Part shown: piece by piece, positions 59,136-64,000 of the stretch
Numbering within the stretch: the stretch's first letter is position 1
Layout: each line of letters starts with the position of its first letter
DNA from: an uncultured Eudoraea sp.
GTDB lineage: Bacteria > Bacteroidota > Bacteroidia > Flavobacteriales > Flavobacteriaceae
Assembly (NCBI GenBank): GCA_947258555.1
Contig: CAMYJF010000002.1
Location: forward strand, 12,070-76,069
Length of the DNA: 64,000 nt
Direction of reading: 5' to 3'
The notes under the pieces: model-generated
Seen by the model: the letters and a program-made list of their open reading frames with translations, nothing else
The model's database searches: none
What the model was told of the DNA's origin: nothing
Program-made: the position numbers and the translations under genes

Positions 59136-60406
59136 AAAAAGTGCTCATCGTTACCTATTATTGGCCACCGGCGGGCGGACCGGGGGTTCAACGATGGCTA
59201 AAATTCTCAACTTATTTACCTTCTCACGGGATCCATCCTGTAGTTTATACCCCAAAAAATGCCCAGTATCCCATCCGTGACGAATCGCTCCTTACAGAAA
59301 TACCCAAGGATATCACCCTGATTTCACAGCCTATTCGCGAGCCTTATGGCCTGGCAAATAAACTCTTTGGTAAAAAATCAAAACGCCTGAGCAGCGGGAT
59401 CATAAAAAGCAAAAATCCTTCAGTACTGGAACGTTTCCTACTTTGGGTACGCGGTAATTTCTACATACCCGATGGCCGTAAGAATTGGGTGAAACCCTCT
59501 GTAAAATACCTCACGGAAATAATACGTACTGAAGGCATAGACACCGTCATCACAACCGGTCCGCCTCATAGTTTACACCTGATCGGACTCGGACTGCAAG
59601 CCAGTACCGGTATTCGTTGGATCGCAGATTTCAGGGATCCCTGGACGACAATCGGCTATCACGGGGACTTGAGATTGGGGAATCGCGCAAAACGGAAACA
59701 CAAAGCCCTGGAAAGACAAGTGCTCAATGCAGCAGACCACTTGATCGTCACCAGTGGGGCTACGCAGGCTGAGTTCCAGCAAAAAACACAGCAGCCTGTT
59801 AGCCTGATCACTAATGGCCATGACCTGGATATACAGGAAGAAACTACGCTTGATACTCAATTCACCATCTCACATATAGGGTCCTTGCTCAGTGGGAGGA
59901 ATCCAAGGAATTTATGGAAGGCGCTTTCGGAATGTGCTGGGGAGATCCCCGGTTTTAGAGAAGACCTTGAAATACATCTTACCGGCGTAGTAGGAGAGGA
60001 GATCCTGGAAAGTTTGCGTGCCTGCGGACTCGATGCGTACTGCAAGCACTTACCCTATGTTTCCCACCCGAAAGCAGTGGCCTTACAACGCCGTTCACAG
60101 CTGTTGTTATTGGCGGAAATAGACAGTGAACAAACCCGGGCTATCATCCCCGGAAAACTCTTTGAATATATGGCTTCGCGCAGACCTGTACTCGGGATCG
60201 GTCCTGAGGGTTGGGAAGCTGCCGATATGATCCGCAAACACGCTTTAGGCGCTGTTTTTACACATTCAGACCAGGCCGAATTGAAGGCCCAGCTTACCCG
60301 CTGGTACGAAGAATTCAAGGCAGGAACACTTCAGTCTACCCAGGCAGATGTTATGGCCTACAGCCGTAAAGCCTTAACGGCTAAACTGGCCAGTCTCCTA
60401 CAATAG
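59132..60406 (+). CDS. GT-B fold glycosyltransferase (family 4/1-like)
   Basis: VLIVTYYWPPAGGPGVQR N-terminus. Its start overlaps the YfhO stop (ATGA). Confidence 0.75.
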   Translation: MKKVLIVTYYWPPAGGPGVQRWLKFSTYLPSHGIHPVVYTPKNAQYPIRDESLLTEIPKDITLISQPIREPYGLANKLFGKKSKRLSSGIIKSKNPSVLERFLLWVRGNFYIPDGRKNWVKPSVKYLTEIIRTEGIDTVITTGPPHSLHLIGLGLQASTGIRWIADFRDPWTTIGYHGDLRLGNRAKRKHKALERQVLNAADHLIVTSGATQAEFQQKTQQPVSLITNGHDLDIQEETTLDTQFTISHIGSLLSGRNPRNLWKALSECAGEIPGFREDLEIHLTGVVGEEILESLRACGLDAYCKHLPYVSHPKAVALQRRSQLLLLAEIDSEQTRAIIPGKLFEYMASRRPVLGIGPEGWEAADMIRKHALGAVFTHSDQAELKAQLTRWYEEFKAGTLQSTQADVMAYSRKALTAKLASLLQ

Positions 60407-60410
60407 AAGA

Positions 60411-60439
60411 ACCCCGCCGGAACGAATTCCGAACGGGGC
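60411..60439. terminator. Hairpin between convergent genes
   Basis: CCCCG-CGGAA cgaa TTCCG-CGGGG two-tier stem. Confidence 0.5.
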
Positions 60440-60466
60440 TTACAACTAACCAACCTAAAAATAATC

Positions 60467-61816
60467 TTAATGTCTTTTTGAAGTGCTTCTAGTTCTTGAA
60501 GAACTTGAGCTGCTTCTGGCCTTTGGCGTACTTCTTTGCGAGCTGCTTCTGGCTTTTGGCGTACTTCTTTGCGAGCTGCTGCGCGCTTTAGTCGTACTCC
60601 TCTGAGGGCTGCGTGAGGCAACTGAGCTTCTGCTTTTGCTGCTGCTTCGACTTGGCGCTTTATAGCTGCGCTTAGTCGTAGTACTCCTGTTCACGGTAGA
60701 CCGCTTGTTACTGCTTGACCTGTTCACAGTGCTGCGCTTTACTGTACTGCGCTGAGCTGTGCTTCGGGATCCCACGTCGCGCTTGATGCTTCGGGTATCC
60801 GGCCTTTTCACACTAGTCGTGCGTTTTGTTACCGTTCGCTTAGGACTGCTGCTTACAGATCGTTTTTTTATGGTATTTCTGTTACCATCTGAGCTGCGCT
60901 TCACCACCTGGCTTCGCTTGATGCCAGACCGATCGATGTCCTGCTTGCGATTTACACTGCTTCGCATATTGCTGCGTGTGCTTGTTGCACCTCGTTTGAT
61001 ATTGCTTCGTGAAACAACGTCTCCGCTTCGGGTATTCCTTCTGCCGCGCTCATCTACCTGGCCACGAGTATTCGTGCTGCTTCTGTACGAATCCCCTTTT
61101 CTATGCCTGTATTGTCTGGCAACGACACGGTCGTCATTTCTATATATTTTTCCACGTCTGTTCCATCCGTTATTATAATTATAGGACCTGCCTATAGAAG
61201 CGTATGCACGTCTGTGGTTGTATCGATATGGCCTATACCAGCTATATCGAATCGGGCTGTAATAGCGTCTGTATGGGTTGTTGTACACAAGACAGAAACC
61301 GATACCCGGGCGCGCAAAGTAGCCATGCCATGGGCGGTATACATAATACCTGTTATATACATTGATATAGCCTGTGTAATAGTCAAAGTAACCGGCAGGG
61401 GTGTAGTAGGCATATAGTCCGCCAACACGATGGACCCTTCCGTTGCGATAGTTGATGCGTACATCTCCTATCTGCTCTACACGACCATAGTAGTCATAAT
61501 AGATTGGTACGTTCTCCACCTGGATCACAGCACCGTAATCATCATATTGTACATAGGCGTTATAATCATAGCCTGAATTAAACGTAATGCCAAGATCTCC
61601 AAAGTTGGCTCTTGCGCCTACATTGAAAAGACGATTCATGTAGAAATCAAATTCCCCATCCGGATATACAGAAAAGGTAATTCCGTTCTCTGTAAAGATG
61701 AAGGACTTTCCATATTTGTATCCATAGGTAAATGAAGATTCAGTAGTGCTGGTATTGGCCAGGCCCACTGAAGTGCCAAGTAATATGGCTGCTGTTAAGA
61801 TTAAAAATTTTCTCAT
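60467..61816 (-). CDS. Secreted protein: Tyr/Gly-rich N-terminal domain plus a low-complexity Arg/Ser/Lys/Thr tail of about 230 aa
   Basis: Signal peptide MRKFLILTAAILLGTSVGLA, an aromatic-rich domain, then KRST-type low complexity ending in tandem RSTPKARSSSQ repeats. Confidence 0.75.
   Translation of the reverse strand: MRKFLILTAAILLGTSVGLANTSTTESSFTYGYKYGKSFIFTENGITFSVYPDGEFDFYMNRLFNVGARANFGDLGITFNSGYDYNAYVQYDDYGAVIQVENVPIYYDYYGRVEQIGDVRINYRNGRVHRVGGLYAYYTPAGYFDYYTGYINVYNRYYVYRPWHGYFARPGIGFCLVYNNPYRRYYSPIRYSWYRPYRYNHRRAYASIGRSYNYNNGWNRRGKIYRNDDRVVARQYRHRKGDSYRSSTNTRGQVDERGRRNTRSGDVVSRSNIKRGATSTRSNMRSSVNRKQDIDRSGIKRSQVVKRSSDGNRNTIKKRSVSSSPKRTVTKRTTSVKRPDTRSIKRDVGSRSTAQRSTVKRSTVNRSSSNKRSTVNRSTTTKRSYKAPSRSSSKSRSSVASRSPQRSTTKARSSSQRSTPKARSSSQRSTPKARSSSSSSRTRSTSKRH
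60507..60605 (-). repeat. 33-nt coding tandem repeat: two near-identical copies plus a diverged third
   Basis: 60507-60539 and 60540-60572 differ at one base. They encode (Q)RSTPKARSSS repeats. Confidence 0.85.
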
Positions 61817-61941
61817 GGCATTACTTTTTAGTTACGGTGAAATCGTTCACCAGTATGGATATACCAAACAGCGTGCCATTCTTAAATGACTGAGTCTAAC
61901 TATCTATAAAACAATGAGTTAAATTTAATCCAGAATACGGA

Positions 61942-64000
<2,059 letters not shown>

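Noticed and set aside
60507-60605. Possible CRISPR-like or minisatellite array
   Set aside because: The repeats are directly adjacent with no spacers. They are in frame within a CDS and encode RSTPKARSSSQ units, so this is a coding tandem repeat and not a CRISPR array.
60759-61178. 139-aa + strand ORF (and 61103..61417) opposite the R/S/K/T-rich gene
   Set aside because: It arises from the strand-biased, stop-poor low-complexity sequence. The minus-strand ORF has a signal peptide and a structured N-terminal domain and is the more credible CDS.

Overview
The window looks like chromosomal core DNA from a Bacteroidota (Flavobacteriia-like) genome. This call rests on protein signatures such as DnaK, SusC-style CarboxypepD_reg-Plug N-termini, and the DUF4252, DUF4834 and DUF2853 families. 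It is densely coding, with about 55 genes on both strands.

Recognisable content:
- leuA-leuB, panB, an RluA-family pseudouridine synthase and dnaK.
- A dispersed menaquinone set: hotdog thioesterase, menF, menD, menA, menC and menE. It is interleaved with a LytTR response regulator, a TPR sensor kinase, a CPBP protease and several small DUF genes.
- An M24 peptidase followed by three tandem paralogues of an unusual secreted protein.
- An acyl-CoA carboxyltransferase, ettA and fumC.
- A TonB-dependent-type outer-membrane protein.
- prfB with its programmed +1 frameshift, which the ORF track splits.
- A large zinc metalloprotease, a threonine aldolase, an OmpA-family protein and oligopeptidase B.
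- A CBS-like PLP enzyme next to an alpha-oxoamine synthase, which may be a sulfonolipid (capnine) pair.
- A YfhO-GT4 envelope module.
- A Ser/Arg/Lys/Thr-rich secreted protein.
- uvrA, running off the right edge.

I found no rRNA, tRNA, CRISPR array, transposase, integrase or recognisable defence system.

Most interesting observations:
1. The tandem triplication of a signal peptide-CarboxypepD_reg-Plug-TPR-beta-sandwich protein that has no beta-barrel.
2. An 11-bp perfect tandem duplication that frameshifts uvrA.
3. Two terminator-capped repeat modules that look like sRNAs, in a 726-nt ORF-poor gap inside a two-component pair.
4. The low-complexity R/S/K/T tail protein.
5. A 59-codon relic of an SDR gene.
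6. The putative capnine locus.

All functional calls come from reading motifs in the supplied translations. No database search was run.
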